Origin: Dissulfuribacterales bacterium
GTDB lineage: Bacteria > Desulfobacterota > Dissulfuribacteria > Dissulfuribacterales > DYLC01
DNA: 64,000 nucleotides
Direction of reading: 5' to 3'
Assembly (NCBI GenBank): GCA_041287365.1
Contig: JBEULL010000030.1
Location: 11,782 to 75,781 of the forward strand
The notes under the pieces were generated by a model, which saw only the letters and a program-made list of their open reading frames with translations, searched no databases and had not been told where the DNA came from. A program made the position numbers and the translations under genes. This document shows, one piece after another, positions 33,325 through 43,695 of the stretch. Within the stretch, counting starts at the first letter, position 1. Each line of letters opens with the position of its first letter.

Positions 33325-34332
33325 TTATATCTTGAAATTCATATAACGTAATTCCGCCACCAACCGCTCGAAGTCCACAGGCAGTAGTGACTGGGGACCA
33401 TCGGACATGGCCTTCTCAGGGCAACTATGTACCTCTATCAAAAGACCTGCCGCACCCACCGCAGCCCCTGCCCTGGCAAGGGGTATGACCTGATCCCGTC
33501 TGCCTGCGGCATGGCTCGGGTCTATGAAAACAGGCAAATGGCTCTCTTTCTGAATATAAGGCACGGCGTTCAAGTCAAGGGTATTGCGGGAATGAGTGGC
33601 AAATGTCCGAATACCCCTTTCGCACAAAATGACTCGATCATTCCCCCCGGACATGATGTATTCCGCTGCCATGAAAAACTCGTCTATGGTGGCGCTCATA
33701 CCTCGTTTGAGCAATACAGGTTTTCTGGCCTGACCAGCCCTTCTGAGGAGTCGGTAGTTCTGCATATTCCGCGTACCTATTTGAATTATATCTGCATATT
33801 CCTCCACCAGGTCGCAGACCTCATGGTCGGTGGCCTCAGATACGATGAACAACCCAGTCTCCTCGCGCACTTTGGCCAAAATCTGAAGCCCTTTTTCACC
33901 AAGACCCTGAAAGGCATAAGGCGAAGTGCGCGGTTTGAATGCACCAGCCCTGAACAGGACGGCACCCGCCTTTTTTACGGCCTTGGCGATCTCAATGGCC
34001 TGTCTCTCACTCTCTACTGCGCAGGGTCCGGCTGCCAAAATGAGTTTGTCGCCGCCGATAACCACCTCGCCGTTACCAAGCGAAATGATGGTATTCTCCA
34101 TCTTCATCTCTCGGCTCACCAGCTTGTATGGTTTGGATACAGGTATGGCGTCCCTGACTCCTGGCATTCCAAGAAAGATCGCTGAATCCACCGGCCCCGT
34201 GTTGCGCAGAATACCTATAGCCGTTCTTTCTCCACCGGGTATGAGCTTGGCCTGCCAACCGTGCGCCTCTATGGCGGCCATGACATTGTCCAGTTCTTCC
34301 TTGCCGGCATGATTCGACATAACTATCAACAT
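33325..34332 (-). CDS. aroF: DAHP synthase type I-beta with N-terminal ACT-like domain
   Basis: [48 protein letters not shown]. Confidence 0.95.
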   Translation of the reverse strand: MLIVMSNHAGKEELDNVMAAIEAHGWQAKLIPGGERTAIGILRNTGPVDSAIFLGMPGVRDAIPVSKPYKLVSREMKMENTIISLGNGEVVIGGDKLILAAGPCAVESERQAIEIAKAVKKAGAVLFRAGAFKPRTSPYAFQGLGEKGLQILAKVREETGLFIVSEATDHEVCDLVEEYADIIQIGTRNMQNYRLLRRAGQARKPVLLKRGMSATIDEFFMAAEYIMSGGNDRVILCERGIRTFATHSRNTLDLNAVPYIQKESHLPVFIDPSHAAGRRDQVIPLARAGAAVGAAGLLIEVHSCPEKAMSDGPQSLLPVDFERLVAELRYMNFKI

Positions 34333-34366
34333 ATCACACTCCAAATAATGAACATTACCTCTTGAC

Positions 34367-34395
34367 TTGAGGGGAATAACCTTCGAATATATAAT
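34367..34395 (+). promoter_or_regulatory. Putative sigma-70 promoter upstream of the ftsB-like gene
   Basis: TTGAGG-N17-TATAAT in the divergent intergenic region. Confidence 0.4.
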
Positions 34396-34428
34396 TTCTC
34401 AAATTTCATCGATATTGAGTGAACCACA

Positions 34429-34767
34429 TTGAAAACCACACATTCTCATTTTATACAACGAAATCAAACCCATTCAAAGGGAAGTTTGTGGCCTTTTTTA
34501 TTGCCGATCGTTGCAGGACTCCTGCTATGGATATTCTTCGGACCAAACGGTCTGTGGAATCTATATAAAATAACTGTCAAAAACAGGGAACTTAACCAGC
34601 TTCTTGCAGAAAAAACAAAGGAAAACAAACAATTAGAAAAACAGATTGCAAGGCTGAAAACCGACTCATCCTATCAGGAAGAGATGGCCAGAAAGGAACT
34701 CGGATGGATCAAAGAAAATGAAATCATCTATCAATTCGAACCATTAAAAAACAAGCAAGCAAAATGA
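34429..34767 (+). CDS. ftsB: Septum formation initiator FtsB/DivIC family
   Basis: Single TM, FGPNGL, coiled coil, E.MARKELG.IKENEIIY. Confidence 0.85.
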   Translation: MKTTHSHFIQRNQTHSKGSLWPFLLPIVAGLLLWIFFGPNGLWNLYKITVKNRELNQLLAEKTKENKQLEKQIARLKTDSSYQEEMARKELGWIKENEIIYQFEPLKNKQAK

Positions 34768-34777
34768 AACCCTTCGC

Positions 34778-35860
34778 ATGAACGCATCAGACAAAACACC
34801 ACCCTCACATACAGTTCACAAAAAACGTAGTCAGGCCTTTCTCTCCATTCTGATCAGCTTTCTCATAGTGGTATTCCTGCTCAATTATGCAGGAAAAGGC
34901 CTGGATTTCGCTCTGCACAGAATCGGATGGCCGGTGCTTCGTATGCTTGTACTTATCGCCATAGTGCTGGCAGCCACCTCCCTGCTGGAAGCCAGGGGTT
35001 ATTTCAGGGTTATGGCGCGCATTTTTCATCCCCTGCTTCGCATAGGCCGTTTCAGCGCCGTAACCGCCTCGGCGTTTACAGCCGCCTTTTTTTCAGGAAT
35101 TGTTGCAAATACCATTCTGGCCAAGGCATACCAGGACAAAACCATATCGAAACGGGAATTGTTCCTGGCGAACCTGCTGAACGTAGGTTTTCCGGCATAC
35201 ACCCTCCACTTTCCCACTGCCATGGCCATTCTGCTGCCGATGGTGGGCAAGGCCGGAGTCATCTATCTGGTGCTGACCGTCTTGGCGGCCATGATGCGCA
35301 CGGTTTTTGTGCTGACGATAGCCCGTATTTACCGACCCGAGTGCACAGGACAGGCAGACACTATAGCTCCATGTAATGAGAACCCATCGATTCCATTCAA
35401 ATCACAGGTGACACCCGCTGATAACATATGGGAACAACTCATCAAAAGACTCTGGCGAATCGCCATTTATACAGTGCCTATCTACACATTTGTGGTGGTT
35501 TTGCAGGAAAAAGGCTTTTTCAAATGGCTGGAACAAAGTGCCGCCCATATTTTCACTACTACATTTCTTCCTGTAGAAGGGGTATCCGTGGTGGTGTTCA
35601 GCATAGTTTCGGAGTTTACTGCAGGCGCGGCTGCTGCCGGCGCAATGTTACATGGCGGGATATTGACTCACAAGGAAACGGTCATAGCCCTGCTGATCGG
35701 CAATATAATAGCAACGCCTGTCAGGGCGTTACGCCATCAGCTTCCAACATATCTTGGCATATTTACTCCAAGCATAGGCATACAAATACTATTTATGGGT
35801 CAGGCATTGCGTGTTATTAGCATTGTCATAATATTAATATGCTATTGTTTATTACCATAA
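34778..35860 (+). CDS. Nucleoside-recognition (Gate) domain membrane protein
   Basis: Multiple TMs; AFFSGIVANT, ALRHQLP.Y.GIF. Confidence 0.75.
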   Translation: MNASDKTPPSHTVHKKRSQAFLSILISFLIVVFLLNYAGKGLDFALHRIGWPVLRMLVLIAIVLAATSLLEARGYFRVMARIFHPLLRIGRFSAVTASAFTAAFFSGIVANTILAKAYQDKTISKRELFLANLLNVGFPAYTLHFPTAMAILLPMVGKAGVIYLVLTVLAAMMRTVFVLTIARIYRPECTGQADTIAPCNENPSIPFKSQVTPADNIWEQLIKRLWRIAIYTVPIYTFVVVLQEKGFFKWLEQSAAHIFTTTFLPVEGVSVVVFSIVSEFTAGAAAAGAMLHGGILTHKETVIALLIGNIIATPVRALRHQLPTYLGIFTPSIGIQILFMGQALRVISIVIILICYCLLP

Positions 35861-35894
35861 AATAAAACAATTCTACAATATAATTTAAACAAAA

Positions 35895-36659
35895 ATGAAG
35901 TCAGACGAAATAACAGATGATGGCCTTATACGTATCAACAAATTCATCGCAGAGGCTGGAATATGTTCAAGAAGACAGGCTGATTTATTGATCGCCAATG
36001 GAAGAGTCATGTTAAACGGACAAAAAATAACTGAACTTGGAATAAAAATCAATCCATATATCGACATAATAGAAATAGACCATAAAAGACTAACTACTAA
36101 AAATCAACATTTTATATATCTAATACTCAATAAACCAAGGGGTGTTCTGACAACCGTCCGAGACCCTTTCAACAGACCAACTGTTATGGATTTAGTAAAC
36201 ATTCCGGCCAGGGTATATCCTGTGGGCAGGCTGGACCAAGACAGTGAGGGTCTATTACTGTTTACCAACGATGGTAAGCTCGCCAATCGGCTCATACATC
36301 CCAGGCACAAAATCAAAAAGCTATATAACGTACGCGTCACCGGGCATCCTTCGGAATCCGCCATCGCCCACCTCACCACCGGTATAAATATAGACGGTAG
36401 AATGACGCTGCCATGCACCATCCATAAGCTCGCTCAAGATACACATTCCACTAAATTTGAGATTGAGATCAGGGAAGGCAGGAAACGACAGATTAGACAC
36501 ATGTTTCAGGCCATCGGGCATGAAGTAATAACGCTTAGAAGAATTCAAATAGGACCCATCAAACTTGCGGGACTACCACTAGGGAAATGGCGCTACCTGA
36601 CTGAGCATGAGGTCAAGGCCATTCAAAAAGAAACGGGCATCCGTTTAGATGCCCGCTGA
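35895..36659 (+). CDS. rRNA pseudouridine synthase, RluB/RsuA family
   Basis: S4 domain RINKFIAEAGICSRR, PVGRLD, EGRKRQIR. Confidence 0.94.
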   Translation: MKSDEITDDGLIRINKFIAEAGICSRRQADLLIANGRVMLNGQKITELGIKINPYIDIIEIDHKRLTTKNQHFIYLILNKPRGVLTTVRDPFNRPTVMDLVNIPARVYPVGRLDQDSEGLLLFTNDGKLANRLIHPRHKIKKLYNVRVTGHPSESAIAHLTTGINIDGRMTLPCTIHKLAQDTHSTKFEIEIREGRKRQIRHMFQAIGHEVITLRRIQIGPIKLAGLPLGKWRYLTEHEVKAIQKETGIRLDAR

Positions 36660-36686
36660 ACGCAATACCTACAAGATATTGGAAAA

Positions 36687-36890
36687 TTAACCCTTGAGTT
36701 TCACATTGGATGCCTGAGGCCCCTTAGGACCATTCTCCACCTCAAACTCCACTGACTGTCCCTCTTTTAGAGTGCGAAAACCATTGGCCTCGATTTTACT
36801 GTAATGTACGAATACATCCGGACCCTGTTCCTGAGAAATAAACCCATAACCCTTTTGATCATTGAACCACTTTACCTTCCCTTGCGCCAT
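36687..36890 (-). CDS. Cold-shock protein
   Basis: [30 protein letters not shown]. Confidence 0.97.
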   Translation of the reverse strand: MAQGKVKWFNDQKGYGFISQEQGPDVFVHYSKIEANGFRTLKEGQSVEFEVENGPKGPQASNVKLKG

Positions 36891-37040
36891 GGAAAAACTC
36901 CTTTACATAAAAATAATGGGCTACCACCCTATATAGCAAAACAGATGATTTCAGCAATACGATCGAAACCATGCTGCCATGCGTTAATGATACTAAAAAT
37001 ATCTTAAGCCAGCTTTGTATGAGCGTCAAGTGGTTTTTAC

Positions 37041-37070
37041 AGCAGGGGCACACCAGGCCGCACCCCTGCT
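37041..37070. terminator. GC-rich hairpin downstream of the beta-barrel gene
   Basis: AGCAGGGG...CCCCTGCT inverted repeat 23 bp past the stop; no good U tract on the minus strand. Confidence 0.4.
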
Positions 37071-37092
37071 TTCAACCACGCAGAAAAGGCCT

Positions 37093-38088
37093 CTAAAACT
37101 TCCAGAGACTCCCGATATAAACCATGTCGGAATCGAACTTCTCCATGCCCAGGACCTTTTTATAACCTCCTGTAAGATTAAAGGTTTCTGTGGCCTGATA
37201 CGCCATCTCTATGCCAGCATCCCAATAAAGGTCATCGGTAACCGTCACATTTTTGGGATAATCAGTCTCATCGAAGTTGGCAAGGCCATATAAATTCAGT
37301 GCAATGGTCTTGTTGGAATATATGGCTAGGTTCATACCGGTTCGAATCAGGTGATGATCACCGATCTCACCATCATCATGGCCATAGTGATACATCACCA
37401 TCACGGACGGCTCAAACATATCGGAGCACCTGGCCTTGAGGCTCATACCCACAGAACCACCCAATGTGTTGATATCGTCGTCATTTACCTTACGATTTAT
37501 GCCCTCCCAGATGTAATCAAGGGTGGCATGAAATGACAATTCATAGCGGTCCTTGATGGGCATTCTGTACTGGGCAAAGGCCACTCCGCCCAACTGATTG
37601 ATATCCTTGATATCAGACCGCCTGAAATCCATGTAATTATACGGCGCAATCACACCAAAGGTGAACTGCTCAGTATCCATGGCAAAACCCAGCATGCCAC
37701 CATAGATATCCGCCTCGGGCATGGCGCCGGTGCGGAATTTGGCGTTTTCGTACTTCAACATAGCGCCAAGAGTACGAATGCGCATACCTGACTGCATGGT
37801 TGCCTTGTCCTTTTCCTGAGTAATCAGTGGCACCACTGAGGGCATGACCACATTGGTTGTAATGGCATTTACCACCGTGCCGGTAGCACCCACTGTATTG
37901 GAATAAGAAGGGCTATCTGTCACAGCTCCAGCGCAATACTGCTGATACAGAACACTTCCCGGCGACAACAGATTGCAGGCATTGAAATTGGGAGTAGGCA
38001 GATTCATAGGGCTTGCCCATACGCTTGCCGCACATGTGAGACATACTCCGGCTGTAAGAGCACAAATTTTCATTCTATTTCTTTTCAT
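37093..38088 (-). CDS. Outer-membrane beta-barrel protein (autotransporter beta-domain-like)
   Basis: Signal peptide (ASVWA), amphipathic beta-strand pattern, C-terminal aromatic BAM signal YIGSLWKF. Confidence 0.7.
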   Translation of the reverse strand: MKRNRMKICALTAGVCLTCAASVWASPMNLPTPNFNACNLLSPGSVLYQQYCAGAVTDSPSYSNTVGATGTVVNAITTNVVMPSVVPLITQEKDKATMQSGMRIRTLGAMLKYENAKFRTGAMPEADIYGGMLGFAMDTEQFTFGVIAPYNYMDFRRSDIKDINQLGGVAFAQYRMPIKDRYELSFHATLDYIWEGINRKVNDDDINTLGGSVGMSLKARCSDMFEPSVMVMYHYGHDDGEIGDHHLIRTGMNLAIYSNKTIALNLYGLANFDETDYPKNVTVTDDLYWDAGIEMAYQATETFNLTGGYKKVLGMEKFDSDMVYIGSLWKF

Positions 38089-38106
38089 ATTCTCACCTCG
38101 TTATAA

Positions 38107-39518
38107 TTATTGCATGAAATAGACTGAATAACCATCAGTCTGATTGGCGGTAAAAGACTTGACCCCTGCTGATACGGTGGCGGAACCACTATAGAACGTA
38201 TCAGTGGATGGCGTCCCCACATCGCAGACAGCATTGGGCCATGTGGATACCACACAGTGTCTCACAACCTGGCCAGTCCGTAGATCATAACCGGTTTTCT
38301 CCTCATAACGATAGGAAAGCTGGCCATTGGCATAAGACCATGTGCCTTTGAATACATGTCTGTAAGATGGCTGCTGCTCATCATAGATGAAGGTGCCATC
38401 GGAATTAAATGACCAAGGGCCGGAACCTATAAATACACTTGACGACATCCTTTCAGCGGTCCAGTTACTCACGAGGAAGGTCCCTGATGGCTGCTGCTGG
38501 ACTAGATTGGCCACCACAGTGCAATTGGCATTCACTGGATTGCTGGTAAATACATTGCCGCTCAATGTACCGCCGCAGGTCCCTGTCACACTGGAAATGG
38601 CGTAGCCGCTGTTGGGAGTTATAGTACAACTGGACGTACCACCGGATGCCACAGGATTGGGAGTGCAGGAGATACTGCCAGAACCAGTAGGAGCCACTGA
38701 TGAATCAATGGAGTACTGAGATGGATGAGGCGGTGTGGAAGGTTGAGGTGCCGGCGCTGCATGTATATCAAATGATACACTGGCCACATTGGAAATAGGG
38801 CTTACACCAGAAGGCCCGGTAAGACCACCTAAAAACGCCTCAAATGCGTGTTGTCCCTCTCCCAACAATGCAACCGGAAACTCCAGAAAACAAGGGGCAT
38901 GAGTACAATCCAGATTATAGGCTTGCACTGGCAATAAAAGCGGCAGAATCGGAGTTGGGTTCGAGAAAATACCCGTTGCAGAAAGATATGTATTCCACAT
39001 ATCCACCCAGCTGTTGCTGGCCTGCAAATACTTGAGATAAATGGCAGCCGTTGTATCAGGCGCGCCACCGAAGGCCGATAAGCCGATTTTCACCGTCTCG
39101 TCTGTATGGAATGATGAGCCATTGGGCAAAACAAAATTCAAACTCACGCTGGAGATAGGCGGCTGTGAGGCATAACAACCATAAACTACCAATGTGGTAT
39201 TTCCACTTGGATCAGTACAGATAGAACTTGTTGGAATGGTAAGGGTATAGGCACCAGGAGCCATGTCCTGATTTAGAGAGACCCATGCCTCACACTAGTT
39301 GGTCTGATACACATCGCAATTACCCTTTGTAGTGCTGCCCGAAAAGCTGTAACCGCCAGGGCCTGTAATGGTCACAGGCGGCGGCGTGGTGCCGGTGAGA
39401 TTGGTATTATGCCAGATTCTAATACTTGTCACAAAAGCCGATTGCCCCAGATTGAATGTTTGCACATTGCTTACACCGCAGGCGCCTATGTATTTAGAAT
39501 TGATCAGCTCTTGTTCAC
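38107..39518 (-). pseudogene. 5'-truncated, amber-interrupted extracellular multidomain protein with InlB-B/bacterial-repeat domain
   Basis: The frame of ORF 38107-39264 continues upstream through one TAG (39297-39295) for about 75 more protein-like codons up to the purH terminator; no start or signal peptide. The GSGSISC..NPV..GGTSSCTITPNSGYAISSVTGTCGG repeat domain is present. Confidence 0.7.
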
Positions 39519-39548
39519 AAAAAAAGGCAAGGTGTTAGCCTGCCTTTT
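39519..39548 (-). terminator. Rho-independent terminator of the purH-like operon
   Basis: Minus strand AAAAGGCAGG-CTAACA-CCTTGCC-TTTTTTT. Confidence 0.8.
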
Positions 39549-39605
39549 CATTCTCCATCTATTTCCTTTGAAATTTTAAGCGATAACGAAGCGGTGCACA
39601 GCCAA

Positions 39606-40901
39606 TCAATGCTTGAACGCCCGCTGGCCGGTAAATACCATAGTCACCGGTGGTTCAGCCTCGTTACAGGCCTCTATCGCCTCCCAATCCCTAAGTGATC
39701 CGCCTGGATGCACTATGGCGCTTACGCCTTGGCGAATACCCACATCCACGCCGTCTCTAAACGGGAAAAAGGCATCCGACACCATAACCGAGCCAGGCAG
39801 CCCTGCCCTGTCCTTCTTCGTCTGCTCATCTATCTCTGTCTTCTGCTCCTGAGCCGTCTTGTCACCCTTCTCTGCCTTGAGCTCCAACTCCTTATATGGA
39901 ATACCAAATCTGTCGTAACACAGAATATCCGCGTACTTGGTATAGGCCTTGTAAACCGCTATCTCCGCTACACCTACTCGATCCTGCTCACCAGTGCCGA
40001 TACCCACGGTCACACCGTCCTTTACATAGATGACGGAATTGGAGGTAATGCCTTGCTCCACCGCCCAGCCAAAGATGATGTCTTCATACTCCTTTTCTGT
40101 AGGCAACCGCTTGATTTTATAATTTTTTCCCTGATATTCACACTCTGCTGGCTTTAAATCCGCCTTTGTGCGAATGCGATTTATGGGAGATTGCTGAATA
40201 ATGATGCCGCCATCAATCAGGCTCTTAAAGTCCACAAAACGCTTGTCCCAATACTGGGCCAGCTGCTCGATGCGCCTAATCTCGATGATGCGCAGGTTCT
40301 TCTTTTTGCTCAAAACCTCCAATGCCCCAGGCTCAAAGGCAGTGGCACACACCACCTCCAGATACTGGGCAGCCATGGCCTCGGCCAATGTCTTGTCTAC
40401 AGGCCTGTTTACTGACACACAACCACCAAAGGCAGCCACTCGATCCGCCCGCAGGGCACGAATGAATGCCTTTTCTATAGTCTCGCCATAGGCCACACCA
40501 CAGGGATTATTGTGCTTGACTATGACCGCAGCGGGCTTATCCATCAAAAATTTCAAGATATTCAATGAGTTATCAATATCGGTAAGATTTATCTTCCCTG
40601 GATGCTTGCCTGATTGAAGCATGGCCTTTTCATCAATTGCACTTACCAGGCCCAGACCCGGTTCTATATAGGCGCAATCACCCAAGATCAGATTACCGTT
40701 TACCAGCTCATAAAGGGCCGCCTCCTGATCTGGATTTTCACCATAACGCACACCACGCTCTTCGAGCTGGCCTGTCTTTTCGTTGGGAAATGTCCAGGTA
40801 CGCTTGCGATAAACCAAAGTGGTATCACCGAAGGAGATGCGCATCTCCCCGGGGAAATGGTCACCGATGATGGTCTTGTACATCTGTTTCATATCAGCCA
40901 T
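39606..40901 (-). CDS. purH: PurH-like AICAR formyltransferase domain protein lacking the N-terminal IMP cyclohydrolase domain
   Basis: RYGENP near residue 52, VKHNNPCGVA, SNSV, GIGTGEQDRV, SDAFFPFRDG, PGGS.RD, FTGQRAFKH. Confidence 0.88.
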   Translation of the reverse strand: MADMKQMYKTIIGDHFPGEMRISFGDTTLVYRKRTWTFPNEKTGQLEERGVRYGENPDQEAALYELVNGNLILGDCAYIEPGLGLVSAIDEKAMLQSGKHPGKINLTDIDNSLNILKFLMDKPAAVIVKHNNPCGVAYGETIEKAFIRALRADRVAAFGGCVSVNRPVDKTLAEAMAAQYLEVVCATAFEPGALEVLSKKKNLRIIEIRRIEQLAQYWDKRFVDFKSLIDGGIIIQQSPINRIRTKADLKPAECEYQGKNYKIKRLPTEKEYEDIIFGWAVEQGITSNSVIYVKDGVTVGIGTGEQDRVGVAEIAVYKAYTKYADILCYDRFGIPYKELELKAEKGDKTAQEQKTEIDEQTKKDRAGLPGSVMVSDAFFPFRDGVDVGIRQGVSAIVHPGGSLRDWEAIEACNEAEPPVTMVFTGQRAFKH

Positions 40902-40912
40902 GATTCGCCCTC

Positions 40913-41653
40913 CTACTTCAACTTCTGTTTCAGTTGATTCTCATCCAATACACCCGATTGAAAACGTCCGTCCGTGAATATATAGGTCGGTGTGGCGGTT
41001 ATGCCCTTCTGCTGCAAAAAGGCTGTTCCGTCATCGATCTTCTTTATGCCTTCTCCACACTGGTTCTCGGAACGATACCGGGACCGCAGGCCTTCGATGG
41101 CCTTTTTATCGCAAATGATAGACACACTCTCTTCCTTGGCCCCCTTGTGAAAGGGCAGGGGCATCAATATGTATTTTACCTGCACCTCACCCTTTTTGGC
41201 CATCTCGCTCAAAACCGCCTCGGCCTTCTGGCAATACGGACACTGAGGGTCGGTCACCAGATAGACCACCTTGCCCTTGTTGCCGTCAGTAAATGCCACG
41301 AATTTATCCAACTGCGCCATCTCCATCACGCTTAAACGATTTAGATCAGAAATGGTCGCTTGAGTTAGATTGGTGCCATCGGATGCCTTGAGCACCTGAC
41401 CCGCTATGAGATACTGACCTGCCGCATCCGTATAGACTATGCGTTTCTGGCCCTTCTGTTCCACTTCCACATCGCACAGACCCGGCACCGAGCCCTGGGT
41501 TACGTTCACGACCCTGATATCATTCTGTTTGAAGGCAACCTCCACGGCCTTCTGCACCGCATCTTTGGAAGGACACTGGGCAAAAGACAGGACAGAAGAA
41601 AACGACAAAATAAGAGAAACCAGTATCAAAACCACACTTGACCTACGATTCAT
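40913..41653 (-). CDS. DsbC-family thiol:disulfide interchange protein
   Basis: Signal peptide, N-terminal dimerisation domain, TDPQCPYC, GITATPT. Confidence 0.9.
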   Translation of the reverse strand: MNRRSSVVLILVSLILSFSSVLSFAQCPSKDAVQKAVEVAFKQNDIRVVNVTQGSVPGLCDVEVEQKGQKRIVYTDAAGQYLIAGQVLKASDGTNLTQATISDLNRLSVMEMAQLDKFVAFTDGNKGKVVYLVTDPQCPYCQKAEAVLSEMAKKGEVQVKYILMPLPFHKGAKEESVSIICDKKAIEGLRSRYRSENQCGEGIKKIDDGTAFLQQKGITATPTYIFTDGRFQSGVLDENQLKQKLK

Positions 41654-41676
41654 AAATCGCTCCTTATTTTTAATTT

Positions 41677-43392
41677 TTACAGCAACCAGGCTGGCTTCAA
41701 TCTGTTTATCACATTGAGGCCGCCGGTCAATACCAATGTATCGGTCAGGCCTATGCTGCGCAAAAAGACCTGCACCTCATAGGCACGGGTGCCAGCGTTA
41801 CAAAGAAGAATCAGGGTCTTGCCATTGGGAAGTTTTTCGTAGTTGTTTCTCACCTCATTATAAGGAATAGCCATCCACCGGTCTGAATACTGCTTCACAT
41901 ATGGTTCGGATTCTCGAATGTGCCTGAGATCCAATACCATCCAGTCGGAATGCTCCTGTTCTCCGTTCATCCAAGCCACAAACTCCAAGGGAGAAACATA
42001 GGTCATGCGGCCTGAAAGCACATTGTCCGCTACATTGGCCACTGCATTCAGGATATCTACGGCAGTGGAAAACGGCGGGGCATAGGCCAACTCCAGATTG
42101 CTGAAATCGCTCACCACGGCCCGTCTCTCGATAAGCCCTGCCGCTGCATTGATACGGGCCATGAGCCCATCTCCCATCTGACCCACACCCTGAAGGCCGA
42201 GCACTCTGTTTGTGCGCCTGTCCACTACCATATTCAGAAACATAAGCCTTTGGGTAGGAAAGAAATGGGCGCGATCCGACTGCACACAAAAAACCTCAAA
42301 GACATCGAAGCCCTCGGCCCTGGCCACCTCCAGGCTGATGCCGGTGGCACCCACCGCCAAATCGAATATCTTCATCACAAAGCTGTTGATGCAGCCGCTG
42401 AATGTGCTGGGGATGCCAGCAATATTATCACCCACCACTCTGCCCTGGCGGTTGGCTATGGAACCCATGGGGGCATAGCCCTTTTTGCCCGTAACCAGGT
42501 TCAAAAGCTCCACACAGTCGCCTGCTGCATAAATATCAGGGTCAGAGGTCTGCATACGCTGATTCACAACGATAGCGCCGGCCGCCGAGGTATGAAGCCC
42601 TGCCGCACGGGCCAATTCGCCTCGAGGCAACACGCCTGCGGCCGTTATCACCAGTTGTGCAGGAAGCTCCCGTTTGTTGGTGATGACCTTTACAACACGG
42701 CCATTTTCATCCGCTACGAGTTCCTTGGCATATTCTTCGGTCAAGACCTGCACATTGTGCTCCTTCATGTGCTCCATGACCATGCGGGCAAACACAGGGC
42801 TCACGATACGCGGCAGAATCTGAGGCATAACTTCGATGACCGTGGTCTCGATACCCCAGAGGTCTGCCAGCCCTTCTGCCATCTCCAGACCAATGGCGCC
42901 GCCTCCCACGATAACCGCCTGCGAGACCTCTCCCTTTTCGATGGAACGTTTGATCTCGATGGCCTTGTGCAAGCTGGCCACGGAAAAGACACCCTTACAA
43001 TCACTGCCAGGAATGGGAAGTGCACGCGGCTGGCTTCCTGTGGCCAGCACCAATTTGTCATAGGAGATGGTATATCGCTCGCCGGTTTTGAGGTTCTCCA
43101 CCTCGATGGCCTTGGCCTTTCTGTCTATGGAAAGGCAACGGGTAGATGTAATGGTCTTTACGCCCTTGGCATTTTCAAAATATCCTTCATCCCTTACCAG
43201 ATGATAACTAGTGGAACGCAATTCCTTTTCATCGCTCACATCGCCGGATACGAAATATGGAATACCACAACCGCCGTAAGAAATGAGATCATCCTGATCC
43301 ACCAAAATGACCTCGGCATTGGGCAGCAGCCTCTTCACACGACAGGCGGCCTTGGGCCCTGCCGCAACTGCACCAACTATGACTACTTTCAT
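41677..43392 (-). CDS. CoA-disulfide/persulfide reductase-type flavoprotein with C-terminal rhodanese domain
   Basis: GAVAAG, SYGGCGIPY redox Cys, GGGAIGLE, IYAAGD, YAPPFS, rhodanese LCNAGTRAY. Confidence 0.9.
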   Translation of the reverse strand: MKVVIVGAVAAGPKAACRVKRLLPNAEVILVDQDDLISYGGCGIPYFVSGDVSDEKELRSTSYHLVRDEGYFENAKGVKTITSTRCLSIDRKAKAIEVENLKTGERYTISYDKLVLATGSQPRALPIPGSDCKGVFSVASLHKAIEIKRSIEKGEVSQAVIVGGGAIGLEMAEGLADLWGIETTVIEVMPQILPRIVSPVFARMVMEHMKEHNVQVLTEEYAKELVADENGRVVKVITNKRELPAQLVITAAGVLPRGELARAAGLHTSAAGAIVVNQRMQTSDPDIYAAGDCVELLNLVTGKKGYAPMGSIANRQGRVVGDNIAGIPSTFSGCINSFVMKIFDLAVGATGISLEVARAEGFDVFEVFCVQSDRAHFFPTQRLMFLNMVVDRRTNRVLGLQGVGQMGDGLMARINAAAGLIERRAVVSDFSNLELAYAPPFSTAVDILNAVANVADNVLSGRMTYVSPLEFVAWMNGEQEHSDWMVLDLRHIRESEPYVKQYSDRWMAIPYNEVRNNYEKLPNGKTLILLCNAGTRAYEVQVFLRSIGLTDTLVLTGGLNVINRLKPAWLL

Positions 43393-43524
43393 GTAACCTC
43401 CTTATCTACTAAAAAATTAAAAATATACTCAAAGAAACCTCGAAAAATTAAAGATTCCCTAAAAATACCCCTGTTCCACGGTCATCGCCACAGGTAATTG
43501 CAAAAAACTAACAGATCTCATCAG

Positions 43525-43695
43525 TGACGGTTTAGTAAAAAGTCATTTTGGTAAATGGCTAAGCAAAAAACGCCCAATACAAGGCGCGCAAATCCTACTT
43601 GTTAATGTTGAATTGAGATGAATTTAACCACAATTTAACATTCAACATTCAACATTGTTAACTACAGCAGTTGGCGAATTTTTACGACACCGTCA
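43525..43695 (+). repeat. Intergenic TIR/heptamer element copy C
   Basis: TGACGGTTTAGTAAAAAGTC ... GAATTTTTACGACACCGTCA (17/20 inverted); TAACATT CAACATT CAACATT arm; terminal TCA is the mfd stop. Confidence 0.93.

Noticed and set aside
35820-36135. AT-rich patch as foreign DNA
   Set aside because: It spans an intergenic gap and the intact S4 domain of the pseudouridine synthase, with no mobility signs.
39519-39558. Phase-variable T7 tract restoring a start for the surface-protein gene
   Set aside because: The tract is the U-tail of the purH terminator, and neither nearby ATG gives a signal peptide in any frame.
42250-43497. 415-aa plus-strand ORF, and similar long antisense ORFs over mfd, nadB, aroF and the porin
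   Set aside because: They lie opposite well-supported genes and are explained by codon bias.
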